From positions 23,622,001-23,686,000 of the forward strand of contig NC_135667.1 of the NCBI RefSeq assembly GCF_964188315.1: a stretch of DNA of 64,000 bases, given 5' to 3'. The stretch's first letter is position 1. The number at the start of each line of letters is the position of its first letter. Below the pieces are notes generated by a model. The model searched no databases. It saw only the letters and a list, made by a program, of their open reading frames with translations, and was not told the DNA's origin. Of the stretch, positions 12,561 through 25,789 are shown piece after piece. Made by a program: the position numbers and the translations under genes. This stretch comes from Podarcis muralis (Eukaryota).

Positions 12561-14409
12561 TTGATGGGGGGAAATGTAGGATTTGTGCAGAAGGGTTATA
12601 GGGGTGTGTGAAGGAGACCACAGCCATCAAACGTGGAGAGTCCTTTGAGAAAGGCGTTTGTTATTCATTAAAACAATTCCTTCTATAACACTGACAGGAG
12701 ACTTTAAAATAAAACAGAGCATTTTTGAGGAGGAGGATTTGGTAATCATCTCAATATTACTATTCTTAAAACACTATGGCAGCTGGGCCCCGTACAGTGC
12801 AATTCTATATGCATGCCAACTCAGACTGAAGTCCATGCCCAGTAAGTTGAGTGGAACTTATTTCTAGGTAAGGTAAGTGTATACGGAATTGGGAGTCTTA
12901 ATTCTGCTTTGTGAGCTCTTTTCACGACAATTATGTAACACAGGTTGTATTCATTGTCCATGGATTATAAACTAAGAGATAACAACTGAAGGATGGTTGT
13001 AGCCATCTTAAGCAGGATATGTAGAATTAAACATTGCTATTACAACATTAAACTTTTTTTAATGTGCAAACTACACAAAAATAAAGCTTTAATAAAAAAT
13101 TTTTACGAAAACAATTCCTTTTTTTCTTTCTCTCTCTTTTTTTAAAAAAACCCTAAAATTTACATATGCAGCTATAACCATTGCAGGTTTCCAAACATGC
13201 AATTTTGGTGTATCAACAGTGTTACAGGGGTTAAAACTGGTAGTGTTAGAAAGGCTTGAAATACTGAAACGTGTTTTGACAGGCTTGTACAAATAAACAG
13301 AGGCAGACTTCCAAAAGCTACGTTAGCCATACGCAGTAGGATTTTTAAAAACTCCCCCCCACCCTTTTGAATACCAGACCGCCCATTTCTTATCACAAAC
13401 TACTTCTGAAATGCTTTAGTGGTATGGAAAGCTGTTATTTGAGGGAAAAAACACCAGTCCAAGGTCCCCCTTGGGCATGTGAAACTATGGAGACTCTTTT
13501 AATTCTTAAAAGTAAAAAAGAAAAGAAAAAAAGATGTAAAAGTAAATTAATTGGGTGGGGAGAGAAGTTTGAATGGACAACAAATTTTTTTTATGAATTG
13601 CTCCACTTCTAAATTGAGAGGCTATGAAAAAAGAAACACAAAGAAAAGTTGAATGTCCATAGAACAGATCTCCTCCACATTGCAATAGTGAGTATGTTTT
13701 GTTAAAGACCACCATGAAGGAGGAAGTGGTTTGAAGGCCTTTGAGGTGACACATTACCAGGAGTTTGCTCCAAACTAACAGAATTCTGACTATGTCATTT
13801 CGTAACCAAACTATGATTGGTTGGCACCATCCACATGGCTTTCCAGGTCATCCAATACAGATACTTTAGCTTGCATTCCTATTTATGATAATAAGTTTTG
13901 AGGGTGAAGCTTATCTTTTCACTGCTCAGATTTCAATATTCAGACAGCTATTCTGTCAGTTGAAAAGCGTGTGTGGATAAGATGCCATTCAATCACATTG
14001 CGTTTGTGTGTAGTTTTTACTAGTTCTGCATGTAGGTCCTGTGCAACTGACACAACAGGGATCCTTGTCCATCTTTCACTCTCTTTCACAACAGCATTAG
14101 GAGGAGCAAGTTCTTCCCACTGTAAATGCAGGTTGGGGCTTCTTTGCCTTCTTCCACCCCACTCCCCTCCATAAACTGACAAACATCCAAAGGAAAACAA
14201 ACAAACATGCAACCCATCTGAGCTGCTGAAGGCATTCTTTGCTTCGATTATGTTAAAGGTAACCGCCTCGTCATCAGAAGGCAGTTCCTGCTTCTAAAGA
14301 GTTCCAGGACAAAAATAAAAATAAAAAAGATCCCCTAGGTTTAGAGTATTTCCTAAAAAAAAAAATCTCTACATTCAAGTCAGCTACAATTCCCGCCTTT
14401 GCCTTCAAG

Positions 14410-17400
14410 TCAGCTGAAGGGCTCTTCTCTCTCCTGCATGCTCTGCTCTGCACTGAACTGCAGCCCGAAACTTTCTGCGCATTCGCAACACCCGGCCTTC
14501 CTGTCGTGGCCCCCCTGGCCCGAATTCCACTTTGCATTCTTCCCGCAAAGTGAACAGCGGCTCGCTTCCTCCCGCAGGTGGGTTCTCATGTGGTTCACCA
14601 GGTTGAATTTGTGCAGGAACCTTTTCCCGCATTCGGTGCACTGGTGGGGCTTGACCCCAGTGTGGACCCTCCGGTGCCTGGTGAGGGTTGATTTGCGAGA
14701 GAAGTTCTTCCCGCATTCAGGGCACGGGAAAAGCGCGTCTTGCTTATTCGCAGGCTGCTGGCCGTCGACGTTCTGGCAGGCAAACTGGGCTGGCTGCAAG
14801 GTGGGGAGCATCCGGCTTCTCTGCTTCTTTATGCTTTCCTGTATTAGAAAGCCTCCCTCGTTTTTGGTCTGGATCTCTTCACCTGCTGGATGGAAAGAAA
14901 AATTCCCATTTTAAGCAATCAGACTAGTAGAAACGCTTGATAATTTCGCTGCTGGAAAGAAGGTGGTGTGTGTGAGAGAGGGGTGCTAAAAGCTGAAGGG
15001 TCGCTGCTGGAAGGCATGCAATCTGATCCATAACCTATTAATTTGCCTCCCTTCCTAAATATGTGGGGACTAGTTAATATTCTATATTGGCAAGGGAGGC
15101 AGAAGTTTATTTAGGGTGGTCTACATGGTTCTTCTCTATCCTTTATAACCTCTCAATTAAGCATTTTAATTGCGCTCCGTTTTTTAAAAAAAAGGAAATA
15201 CTTATTACAGATTTGTTTGCTTTATCCTGAATTTAAATGTTGTTGGTGGTTTGCTCCTGTTGTGGAGCAGCTATATAAATGCAGCAAGTGAAACAAATAA
15301 TCCTGTAAGGTAGATCAGACTGAGAGCTGGAGGCTGCACAGTGACACAATGAGCTTCACAGCCGGGTGGGAATTTGAGTCCTATTTCAATACTATAATCA
15401 TTACTGAACACTGGCTGTCAACTCTGCACATGCCCTGGAGCTGTCACCTCCAGTTAGTTACTTATTTACATAATTTATAACCTGGACCTTCAACATAATT
15501 TAATGCATCCAGGGTGGTTAATAAAGTAGCAAGGAAAGTATACTTAAAAAAATAATAAATCATACAACAAACCATTCAAATAGACAGGAACCATCCAAAA
15601 TTGCACAGTGTTAAACATGCTAAGATTAGCAGCTCTTAACAGTCTGGGAAAACAGAAATGTTTCTGCCTGGTTTCTAAAGTATAGTACCAAGGGGGCTGC
15701 CTACGGAGGACATGCCAAGGCTAGGAGCCACCACTGAAAAGGCGCTCTCTCTGGTTGCCTTAATGGGGGAATCCTGAGAAATGCCTTATATATGATGATC
15801 TCAGTGGACAGGCATGATGATGCAGGAAGAAGGCAATGTAAAGGTATTTCAATCTTTAACCATGGAGGCTTCAAAGGCTAGGACCAACACTCTGAATTGC
15901 ACAAAGCTTAGAGAGAAACACTTAATATCATGTTAACACAATGAATGGTACTGGGTTGGATCCAGACTTGGGCTGCAATCTTATATCCCCGTCACTTGGG
16001 AGTAAGACCCATTGAACTTAATGGGACTTACTTCTGAGCACATGCACACAGTTTTGCACTACAAGCTAATTGCACTTGGTACCCACAGAAATCAAGTGGA
16101 TCTAAGTCTAACTAACTTTTCACTTGGGTTTTAATGGGAACTGAGTAAAACTAAGTTAGTCTGGATGCAGCCCATTACAAATATGAGTCTTAGCACTGAA
16201 AACAGGACTTAGCCTCATGACCTCTCTCAAATGCGTTCCACAAAAATATGCCATTTTAGACATGAATAACTGAGGCTAAGTGTGACTTCCTTGAAGCACA
16301 GAATGAATGCACAACAGAGGTGTCACGTGAGCCTATTTTTCTCCGATCCAAGGTACTGCACAACACACTGGCTGCCTTGTATTAATAATCCCAGAGCTGG
16401 GAACCCAGAGAGAAAGGGAGGAGATATTCCAAAGGGGTGGAGGGGAGAGAGAGAGAGACAGTGAAAAACAGTATAGGAGAGCAACCCGTTAATACTCTCA
16501 CCTGTACTAGAATGCTATTGCAAAATCCTTACCCAATGAAGTGGCATTTTCGTTCACCTCCTCCTTGGCATCTCTGCAAAGCATCGTCTGCCTGGTGTCC
16601 AAGGGCACTTGCTCAGTTTCTGGGAAGCTCACAGCCTCCTCGAGTACAAAAGGCCCCAGCACCTGAAAAAGCAGCAAGGACCCCATTCAAGCAAGAGAGG
16701 GGTATGTTCATAAGGTCATACCATTGTAGAATTGGACATGTCAGTTCAAAAAAGATAAAGGCTACAGGTTCAGTCCCCGGAGCCATCACTTTAAAAGGGG
16801 CACAGATTGGAAGGCAAGCAAGGAAAGAGCTCTGTCTGGAAAGCAACATTCAGTTGAGGGAGAGAGAGAGAGAGAAAATGTGCATGTGTACTGGACTAGG
16901 TGAGCAGAGGCCTGATTCAGGGCTCATTGAAATATGCACAATGAAGGGGGAGGCTTGAATTAACAGTGCAGGAGTTAAGGCATGGCTCCTGTTGCTTCCT
17001 CACATGCACTGCTGTCTCATTGCTAACAACAGAGAAACGAATCAGTTTAGCAAAGGACTTCACATTTAACAAAATGGAAGTTTCTACGTTGATGTCAGCC
17101 ATTTTGTTTGCAAGCCACTTTTAACCGCAGCGTACAGAAAAGTTAAAACGAAACAAACCTCCCCCACATACCCTTCCTGTGAATATAGCTTCCAAACGGG
17201 ACATGATTTCCACATCTATCACACAAATCTCTCTGTATGTGCAACTTGTAGTGGTATAGTCCCTCTGTCTGTGAGGACTGCACCACCTCAGTTATGTACA
17301 TTCTGTCATCTTGGTGTGTATTCTGGGACTGTGAGCATGTAGTACATACCAAGGGAAAAATTTAGAATCATGAATCAGCTTATAGTGTTTTTGGTTGTTG

Positions 17401-18535
17401 TTTTTTTTTAACAAAAAACTAGCATAAGCCTTACGAGATTTGTCCAATACTGGATGAAATATTACAAGCTCAAAAGAAAAGTTTATAGCCTTCAGAGCAT
17501 GGCACATCAGCACCCACATAGCAACCACTACTCTTAGGGTTTTATATGCATTCTTGTGCACAAATGGCAAAGAAAAGCTTTTTAATAAATATAAAATTGA
17601 TATTCCCCAGGGTTCTGTGCAAGCATTTCGATCTTGCGGTAGACCTCAGCAACATGATCTAAAACTTCCTCAGCTTCCTAAAACTTCCAGTTACTACTAC
17701 AAAAAGTTCTCACCTGCTGATCCCACCTCTCGCCTTCCTGCTGCTTCAGCAGGAAATGCTCTGCCAGGGTCACGGCCTGAACGCAGGTCTTGGGACGATA
17801 TTCCTGAACCCAGTCCTGCATTTCCTCTGGCAGGATGGTCAGGAACTGCTCCAGGACCAACAGCTCCACAATCTGCTCCTTGGTGCGGCTTTCTGGCTCC
17901 AGCCAGCGGTGGCAGAGCCCCCGCAGGCGGGCGCAGACCTCGCGAGGGCCCTCGGCCTCCTGGTAGCGGAAGTGCCTGAAGTTCTGGCGCTGCCTCTCCA
18001 GACTGACGGCATCCTCTCGCAAGATGGCGGCCTTCACTTTCCCATAATCCCCGCTCTCTCTGGGATCCAAGTTATTGTAGGCCTGGAGCGCGGCTCCGTT
18101 GAGGGCGGGCATGAGACGCGTCACCCACTGTTCCTTCGGCCACTTGCAGGCCTCAGCCACGTCCTCAAAGGTAGCCAGGTAGGTCTCAACATCTTCCGTC
18201 AATGTGAGTTCTGGCACTTGCAGGTTCCTCCACGCAGGCGACTGAACTGGCGTGAGATCTGGAGTTGGCAATTCCTGTTGCCCCTGAATCTCCCACCGCT
18301 GGGGTGTTTCCAGCCGTTCGCTCCTGGTCTGCTGAGGTGTTATGAGCCTAAGGCCGCCTCCAGCTGTCCCAACCTGCACAATACGGTAGGTTTTTACTGA
18401 ACCCTCTGATATCCCCAGTGCGTCAGAACCCATTGGGTCTGGCTCCTTCTCCATTTTCACCGACGGCTGCACTCTTTGCTCCAGTGGTGCTGGACACTGG
18501 AGATACTGAGCTACCATATTCCGCTTGGCTGCCAT
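14410..18535 (-). CDS. Extended-SCAN / degenerate-KRAB / C2H2 zinc-finger protein, about 474 aa; CDS join(17714-18535, 16533-16662, 14410-14882)
   Basis: SCAN domain ([19 protein letters not shown]...[26 protein letters not shown]) ending CAG|gtgag in phase 0. A 130-nt KRAB-A-like exon ([28 protein letters not shown]) ends in phase 1. The last exon has two intact fingers with an HTGVKP linker and two degenerate ones. The frame is continuous across the junctions; an alternative ATG lies at 18547 and the exon acceptor at 18661. Confidence 0.88.
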
Positions 18536-19039
18536 TTTCCTCCTCATTTTTGAATCGGTTTCTGAGTTTATGTGGCCTTTCACTAGGGTTTCCAACACCC
18601 AATTCGCCACCAGGAGAGCCTATCAGCTGCGGAAAACTCCTATGGCTGTCTTGATGCCAACCTGGAAGGGTGATAATTACACAAAAAATGGTAAGAATTA
18701 GAACCATTTAAATTGTAATTTCAGCAACATTATTAACAAGACAGAAGGCTTCAATCAATCCATAGGTCAGCAAGGGCTCTAAAAATCTACCAGTTTGCTA
18801 GTCTCATGAAAGAGATTTCTTATGCTTGAAATATCATATTAGCTAGAATGAAGGCACAGAAAGTTCAGGCAAAACAAACAAGCAACAACAATCTGATTCT
18901 GTCTTCTGAAAAGGGTGTGTAACAGTGGTATTTGAAAATAAGCAACACATTTCTTGCAAACCTCTTAGAGGTTTTACTACAGTCAATCAGTATATGTTTT
19001 GTAAAATAAGCAAGCACACATTTTGGCTCCTTCTGCATC

Positions 19040-19250
19040 AAAAAGCTGGCTTGGTTACATTTAAAACTGTCTTCAGAGGCAGCCCTACATGTAACACATT
19101 GCAGTAATCTATCCTAGAGGTTACCAGAGCGTAGTCGACATTAGTTGGGCTATCCTTGTCCAGATAGGGGTGCAGCTGCGCCACCAGCTGAAGCTGATGG
19201 AAGGCACACTGTGCCACTGAGGCCATCTGAGCCTCAAGCAACAGCAAGGG
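19040..19250 (-). mobile_element. L2 LINE ORF2 fragment
   Basis: ALVTSRIDYCNVLHVGLPLKT motif. Confidence 0.75.
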
Positions 19251-19499
19251 ATCCAGAATATGGTTACCAGATTTTTTTCAATGAATCTGGGGACTCTTTT
19301 ATTTTTTTTGACGCTGAGTAGCAACAGGAAGCCAGTAGTGGGGATGGTGAGGCAAAAAAAAGATCCTGGGCCCAAGCACACATGCATATTGTATAAAGGT
19401 GAAAAGCCCTTCTTTTGCACCCTGTGAAACATATATGCACAGAGTTTTTTTAAAAACTGGGCAATGGCCACCCGCCTGCAACTCCCGAGCTTTCCTCGA

Positions 19500-19880
19500 T
19501 CAGTCAAAACAAAGGGGGAAGGGGGCAGGAGATCTGTACCGCCGGATGTCCCCAGTTCCCCTTCGGCAGTGGCAGCAGCCCGGAGGCAGCCTGGTAGAGC
19601 AGTTGGCTCTGGCTGGCTTCAGCAGCTGCTTGCTGCTGTGGCGCCTGCCACTTTGCCTCCCGGAAGTCCCCATATGATGGGTCTTGTGCGCAACACATCA
19701 TATGGGGACTTCCGGCAAGGAAAAATGGAAGGCGCCATGGCAGCAAGCAGCTCCTGAAGCCTGCCAGAGCCAACTGTGCTACCAGGTTGGCTCTGGGCTG
19801 CTGCTGCCACAATTCCCAGGGACAGATTTGCAAATCTGGGGACTGTCCCCAGGAACCGGGGACATCTGGTAACCCTAATC
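19500..19880. mobile_element. hAT-like non-autonomous element with a long internal palindrome
   Basis: Right end GGGGACATCTGGTAACCCTA; degenerate left end CCGGATGTCCCAGTTCC; internal inverted repeat at 19569-19810. Confidence 0.5.
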
Positions 19881-20098
19881 CAGAAGTACCCCCAAGCTGC
19901 GTACCCGCTCCTTCATGGGGAGCATAACCCCATCAAGAGAAGGCAAACCTATTACTTTTTTTACACCAGAGAAATCTGGGAACACATAGTGCGATTCTGA
20001 GCCAGATCTTGGGGCTACCTTCTTTCCCCCTGCCCCCACACATTTGTTCACCTCAGTACGTGCAAATGTATTAACTGATACACTTGTTAGACCAACAT

Positions 20099-20102
<4 letters not shown>

Positions 20103-20186
<84 letters not shown>
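20103..20186. repeat. Compound (TG)n(TA)n microsatellite
   Basis: Read directly from the sequence. Confidence 0.95.
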
Positions 20187-20189
<3 letters not shown>

Positions 20190-22063
20190 CTAGCAATCCT
20201 ACTATGCCCTGTTCAAAAACCACTGCAATAAAATCAAACAAGAGAAGTAAAGGATGAAGTCAGGAAAGGACAGAAAAACGAAACACAGGGTGTTTTTTGA
20301 GGGGGGAGTGGGTAGCTCTTACTGGTCTGATTTCTCACGTGCAATGGTGCTTCTTGCCAACCAAGAAGTCCAGCGAACATCAGCTTGCACACTTCCAAGT
20401 CCACCCAAGTGTTCTCCACAGCTGCCTCAGATGGTCAATGCCTTACCCCCACTTCTTGCCTTTGCAATTCCCATTTCTTTCTGGAATGGATGGCACCACT
20501 CCTCTTCGCCCTCCCCCTACCCACCCACCCTGAGCATGCTCAGATCAAATGGGCTGTGCAACTGACTAGGCCTCATTGCACCCATGTGGTCACAGACCAC
20601 TTTGTATTTCCCACAAACAGTAGAGCACTGTTAAGAATGTATGCAATTGGCCGAGCATTGCAGACAAAAGGCCAGTCCAGGAGAGAGCATTGGCTTCACA
20701 AAAGAAGGCCATCAACTTAGCCGGACTGCCGGGCTCCTTTCTTTTACAGGATTCTGCCCCCACCCATGCACAATAACCACCTTCACAAATACATGCGCAT
20801 TATTATCTGCCCACAGTGCTTAGTTTCTATGGCCACATGCATACCAGAGTTTATACTTTTAAAAAAGTTGTTTAAGCCTCTAGGCAGGCCTAAAGTGGTG
20901 TTTTTTTTAGCCATCTATGTGCAGGGATTAGCACATTCTTAAGAACATTATCACTTAACTACAGCAAAAGATAAATTCTGTGCCTTTTAACAACCACATT
21001 AGAAGCACTTTCCTGCTATTGGGAGACTAAAAGCTTTACCAGTTGACTCCTGTTGGTCATGCAGCTGTGAAATACCTGAAACATTCACTTTTTAAAAGAG
21101 GGAGTATTGTTACCACATACACAACATCACATCCTTCTATTTCACATAATTAAACCTGAGTATTAATACCAGCCTCTGGTTCCACAGGTTTAACACAGAT
21201 TTTTAAAAAACCAACAAAATTCCCCCCTTGCACATAAGCACCTATTCAAAGGGTGAGGGAAATGGCTGGCTTTAACCACCCATTTTGGGATTTATAGGGG
21301 AGAGCTGCTCATTCTAAATACACCTGGGAAGGAGGTGGGGGTCACCACATACAGCAGAATGAGGTGGGGGTATCCTGGGTCACTAAAGGGCAGTATCATT
21401 TCTGATTGTGGGAATGGGCAACATTTGCACCTCGAATAGTAAGAAATTTAAAAGGTCAAAACAACAACAACCCATTGACACCCGGGAAGTTGACGCAGTA
21501 GGAAATGGTCTGGGATTGGCTCCTTAAATTGCTAAGTTTTTTTTGTTTTATCTGCAGGAAGCTTGGCAGTGGGAGAGCCAACAAAAATGCCCCCACCTTT
21601 GGTCTGAAGTGGTGTAACCCACCCCACCATCTCTAGATTCTACCACCAGCTCATCCTGCCACTTGAGGAGACCCAGGCCCTAGCGACAGCCTAATTGAGT
21701 TCAGCAAAACACCTGAGAAATTGCACACTGGATTGGCTTGTGAGAGCTCCTCAACGATGTATGCTGTGTCAAGTGCTGGATGGAGCTCTCAAGATTCCAA
21801 GAAACCTTTCCCTCCACTCGTTGAAGTCAGCTGTGCCTTTTTTCTGAGCTCCAATGCTCTTAACAACTACATGACAGGAAGCAATTGAACAGGTGCAGCA
21901 ATTCAGAGCCAGAAGAGGTTGATAGGGAAAAGTTTATTCGGCCAAGTTTCTGCCCCTTATGCAGAATCCCTGCCAGATGGTGGCTGCCCTAATGCTCAGG
22001 AAAAGGCACTTTGCACATGTTCAGAGGCACAGTCTATACATTTTATCAATAATAATAAGTTAC

Positions 22064-22067
<4 letters not shown>

Positions 22068-22131
<64 letters not shown>
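22068..22131. repeat. Compound (TA)n(GA)n microsatellite
   Basis: Read directly from the sequence. Confidence 0.95.
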
Positions 22132-22133
<2 letters not shown>

Positions 22134-23249
22134 CTCAAATAAATTACCTCAGCATAGGGTTAAGTATGATTTCCAGGTTCCATAATTAAAGCCTGGTTTA
22201 AGCTCTGAATGTGACTATGATTGGTGGGTTAATCAGATGCATCAAGAGGGAGGCTTTATTTACAACTGATAATAGGTAACATTTTAAACTTTCTGATGGT
22301 AAGAGCTGTTCAGCTGTGGAACAGACTTCTTTTGAAGGTGGTGGACTCCTCTTTTGGAGTTTTAGAAGCAGAGGTTCTAAACTCTACAATTCTACGTTTC
22401 TATGACTGTTTGAAATATAGCATGGTTTAGCTTCTTATAAGACACTGAGCCATTAGTCAGCATCTATTCCCTCTGGAAAACAGGAACAATATTTGAGTTA
22501 CATTGCATTATGGCTGAATGAGTTTTAATTGATTGTTTGATTTGCATATGAATAAAACAGTAGTTTTGGAGGGGGAAAGTATTCTTCCTTTGTTTGTATG
22601 TGACATTTTAGAAGAGGGATTAACTTCTGTGTGGGTGTGAAGGGGGAAAGCCCACCATTTAATATCTTGCCCCTGTTTGTCAGGGATGCCTTTGCAGCTT
22701 ATTAAATTGCAGTTAGTTAATCAATTACAGATTGCAGCTTTAGCTAATATCACAACAAGAAACACGAAATTCTAAAACACTTTGCATGCAGTTTATAACA
22801 AGGAAGGGTGCAAAATCCCCAACCCCCTTTCTCCTTACCTCATTTCCTTACATCTACCCGCCCCCCCCCCAGTAAACAGCATGACTCGCTTTACAGTGCC
22901 CAGTCCAGATTTCAAAACAGAAGATACAGTAAATGATTGCCATGCTGTGAATCAATAAATAATTCTTCGCACTTTAGGGGAGCTCTGCACATGTATTAAT
23001 TGTAGAAAAGGACATTTTGGCAGGTGCAATTCTTCCAACCCCTTCAGTACTATTGCACCAGAACACCCTGTCCCTGCAGAAACTTTCAGTCCAAAGCTCA
23101 CAAGCAATCCTATGCACGTTGACTCAGCAGGAAGCCCCACCGTGTTCAGTGGACCTTACTCCCTAGTAAGAATGTTTAGGATTGCAGCCTCAGTTTATCA
23201 AAACGCTAAACCAAAGAAAAAGTGCATGGTGTTCACTCTACAGAACACA

Positions 23250-24900
23250 TAGATGTAGCTACCTAGCCTTCACACCTTATTAAAGCTATAGCCTAAACAT
23301 ATCTGCCTGGGAGCAAGTCTCAATGAACCCGAATCTGATTTACTTCCGAGCAAGCGGGCGCAGGATCAGGTTGCACAGACCTAGGCGACCGGTTTAGTGG
23401 GGCTTGGTCCCAAAGAAGCGTGCATTAGGATTGCGGGCATATTTATTTAATGACTTGACTGAAGCCGCTTTCTTGCCAGCGTTACTGGTGAGCGCCCTTA
23501 ACTCCTCCCATTGCTCCCGCAGGGTCATAAAACAGGCTATTAAGAAGCATTTCTAAACCCTCCCTTGACAGCCGAAATAAATTAACGTTCCTTTCCGCAA
23601 GATTTTAAGTGGTCTGGACTAGACTCTCTCTGTTTCCCCACCCCGCTATCCTATCTAGTCAAAGAGAAGCAAGGGAGCACTTTTTAAAAGCGGCAGGTAG
23701 TAACGCCGGTAAATAAGGGACAGATGGTTTCCGCCTCCCCCCCCCCGCTCCCCGGAGAAATCATTTCTCCATCCAGCAAGTTTCCAGGTTATGCAGAACT
23801 CTTCGCCCGGCAGCTGATGCGCTGCTCACTTCTACTGTCTACGACTGCACAAAGCAAACGGGGGCAGAGGAGCAGGTGCAACCAGGTACCCAGAACATTG
23901 CAGCAGCTCAGGACGAGGCAACTATACCTTTGGTGAGCCCTGGCTGAAATTAAGTTCTGCCCGGCAGCATGCACTAAACACAAATCACGGCAGGGTGGCT
24001 AAAGGGTGCAACGCTCATCTGTGTCTAGTGGTTCTGAAAATGCAACTTTCGCCAGGGCGGCTGCTGCGGCTGCTGCTGCGGGCTGTTCTGCTTGAGCTTC
24101 TGCCGGCGGTTAATTTCCAAATAATAAAAAAAGAGGTACCGGGGCTCAGAGCTGCCCGGAAACCACATCCCTCTGACCTGGGAAGTCCTTCCCCCTGGTG
24201 ATCCCAGATGTGTGGGAAATTGGCCGTGGTTGTGCAGTGGCGTTGGCGAAGCACGTTCTCTGCGTTCAGAGGCACTTTCCTCTCGCTCGCTCTTTCATTT
24301 GTTCCCGGCGATGAGCTTCCCGGCGTTGGAAAAAAAGGCACTCGGCGCTCAGATCCGTTTCAAAGGAAGCCTTAAATTTTTGCTAATTAAGACGAGAAAG
24401 GGTTAACGGGCGGAGCTCTCTGGGTCCTAGAGCCGCCTCGGTTGTTTGGAAGTAGGAGCTTACTTTTCCCGCTGCACAGCTGGGGAATGCAAGAGCTTTT
24501 CAGGGTGAGTTGGGGTGGCTGTAACGGGGACACAATCAGTGTGTGTGTGTTAAAGAAAGCCAAACAGAACAGATAAGCTACAGCTGGGTTTTTTGTTTTG
24601 TTTTTTTACCAGTATGGAACAAACTGCGCTCCGGTTTTGCGCATATCGACTTGGAAGTTCCTCTAAGCTCCTTGGGTCTTATTCCAAGTAAATGTGAATA
24701 GGATCGCAGCCTCAAAGCGATTGCTCAAAAAAACCCCAAACCCCTCCTTGTTTGTGCTTGCTTTGTAAGTTTGCTGCCTAACAAGCGAATGTCCTACTTC
24801 CGTGCGCCAATGGTTTTATACAGTGCAAGTCGAGTTCAGAAAGTCTGCAAATTCTACCGTTTGGGAGCTAACTTTTAAGTGGAATTGTTTTCCCACACGC
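23250..24900. promoter_or_regulatory. CpG island, probable promoter/first exon of the SCAN-ZNF gene
   Basis: CpG-rich with no credible ORF; minus-strand donor gggaaaa|gtaagc at 24464/24463; it is the nearest island upstream of the 18661 acceptor. Confidence 0.5.
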
Positions 24901-25789
24901 CTTTTTTTTAAAAGGAGCAGCGTCAGGTAGAATTGCCAACTTTTCAAGTGGACTCTATGCAGCTCTGCCTTTCATAGCGACTTCCAGTGCAGACATTAGC
25001 AGTAGATAAAGTTTCATCTCCTTGATGTGTTTTGGGGGCGGGCAGGCCCGGATCACCTGTTGGATTGTTAAAGGCCACAAAAACCGCCAAGGCCCATTAG
25101 TTGGTTTGCTGGTGCCAGGACTCTGGTTTGACTAGGAAACCTGGAAGTCTTAGAATATGTAAGGATCAGAACTGTGGTTGTTCAGTGGGTGAAAGAAAGA
25201 TCCTCTTTGCATGTTCAAAGATAAAACATTTATGGACCAATTGGGAGGCTGCCCCCCCCGTTTGTTCTTCCACTATCATAATGTGCTGCTGTCACATGCC
25301 ACCCCAGTTTTATGCCGTGAATTGCAAGCAGAGACTTTGTAAAAGTAATAATAATGATATATTCTACCCTGTTTCCCAAGTAGTTCAGGGCATCATCAAC
25401 ATTAATTTCATTTAACACTTCCTTTTTGCGATGAAATCTCAAAGTGACTTGAAAACAGTAAAATACAGGATATAAAAACAATTTAAAACCAGAGAAGGTT
25501 TAATCACTAGTAACAATATACATAAAATGCTCATCCAATAATAAATGAATAAGGATCAAGTCCTACCCACCCCACTGAAAGATGAGCACCACCACATGAG
25601 GCAGAATGAATTAACCAGAGGCCTGGGTGAATGGAAAAGTCTTGGGCTGGTGACTGAACATTGACAGAGATGGGGCTAAGTCTGTCTCTCTGAGAATACA
25701 TGTTTCCCATCCTTTAATACAACAAGAACCCTCTGTAGTAGGGTAAACTGACAGACCATTGATCAAGTGATCTTTAATCACTCCCCCAC

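Noticed and set aside
10841-12630. ORFs of 146-218 aa on both strands
   Set aside because: They lie in the CpG island and show no domain similarity or consistent splicing; treated as promoter/UTR.
13980-14150. Possible decayed extra zinc fingers in the ZNF 3' UTR
   Set aside because: Only vague Cys/Gly-Lys spacing, with stops in the frames I checked; not supportable.
17756-18400. 214-aa plus-strand ORF
   Set aside because: Antisense shadow of the SCAN exon.
21558-21900. Strong plus-strand acceptor followed by a possible exon
   Set aside because: All three frames close quickly and no partner exons were identified.
22952-23140. LRR-like peptide LKGLEELHLPKCPFLQ
   Set aside because: A single short match with no flanking repeats or supporting exons; overlaps an old repeat.
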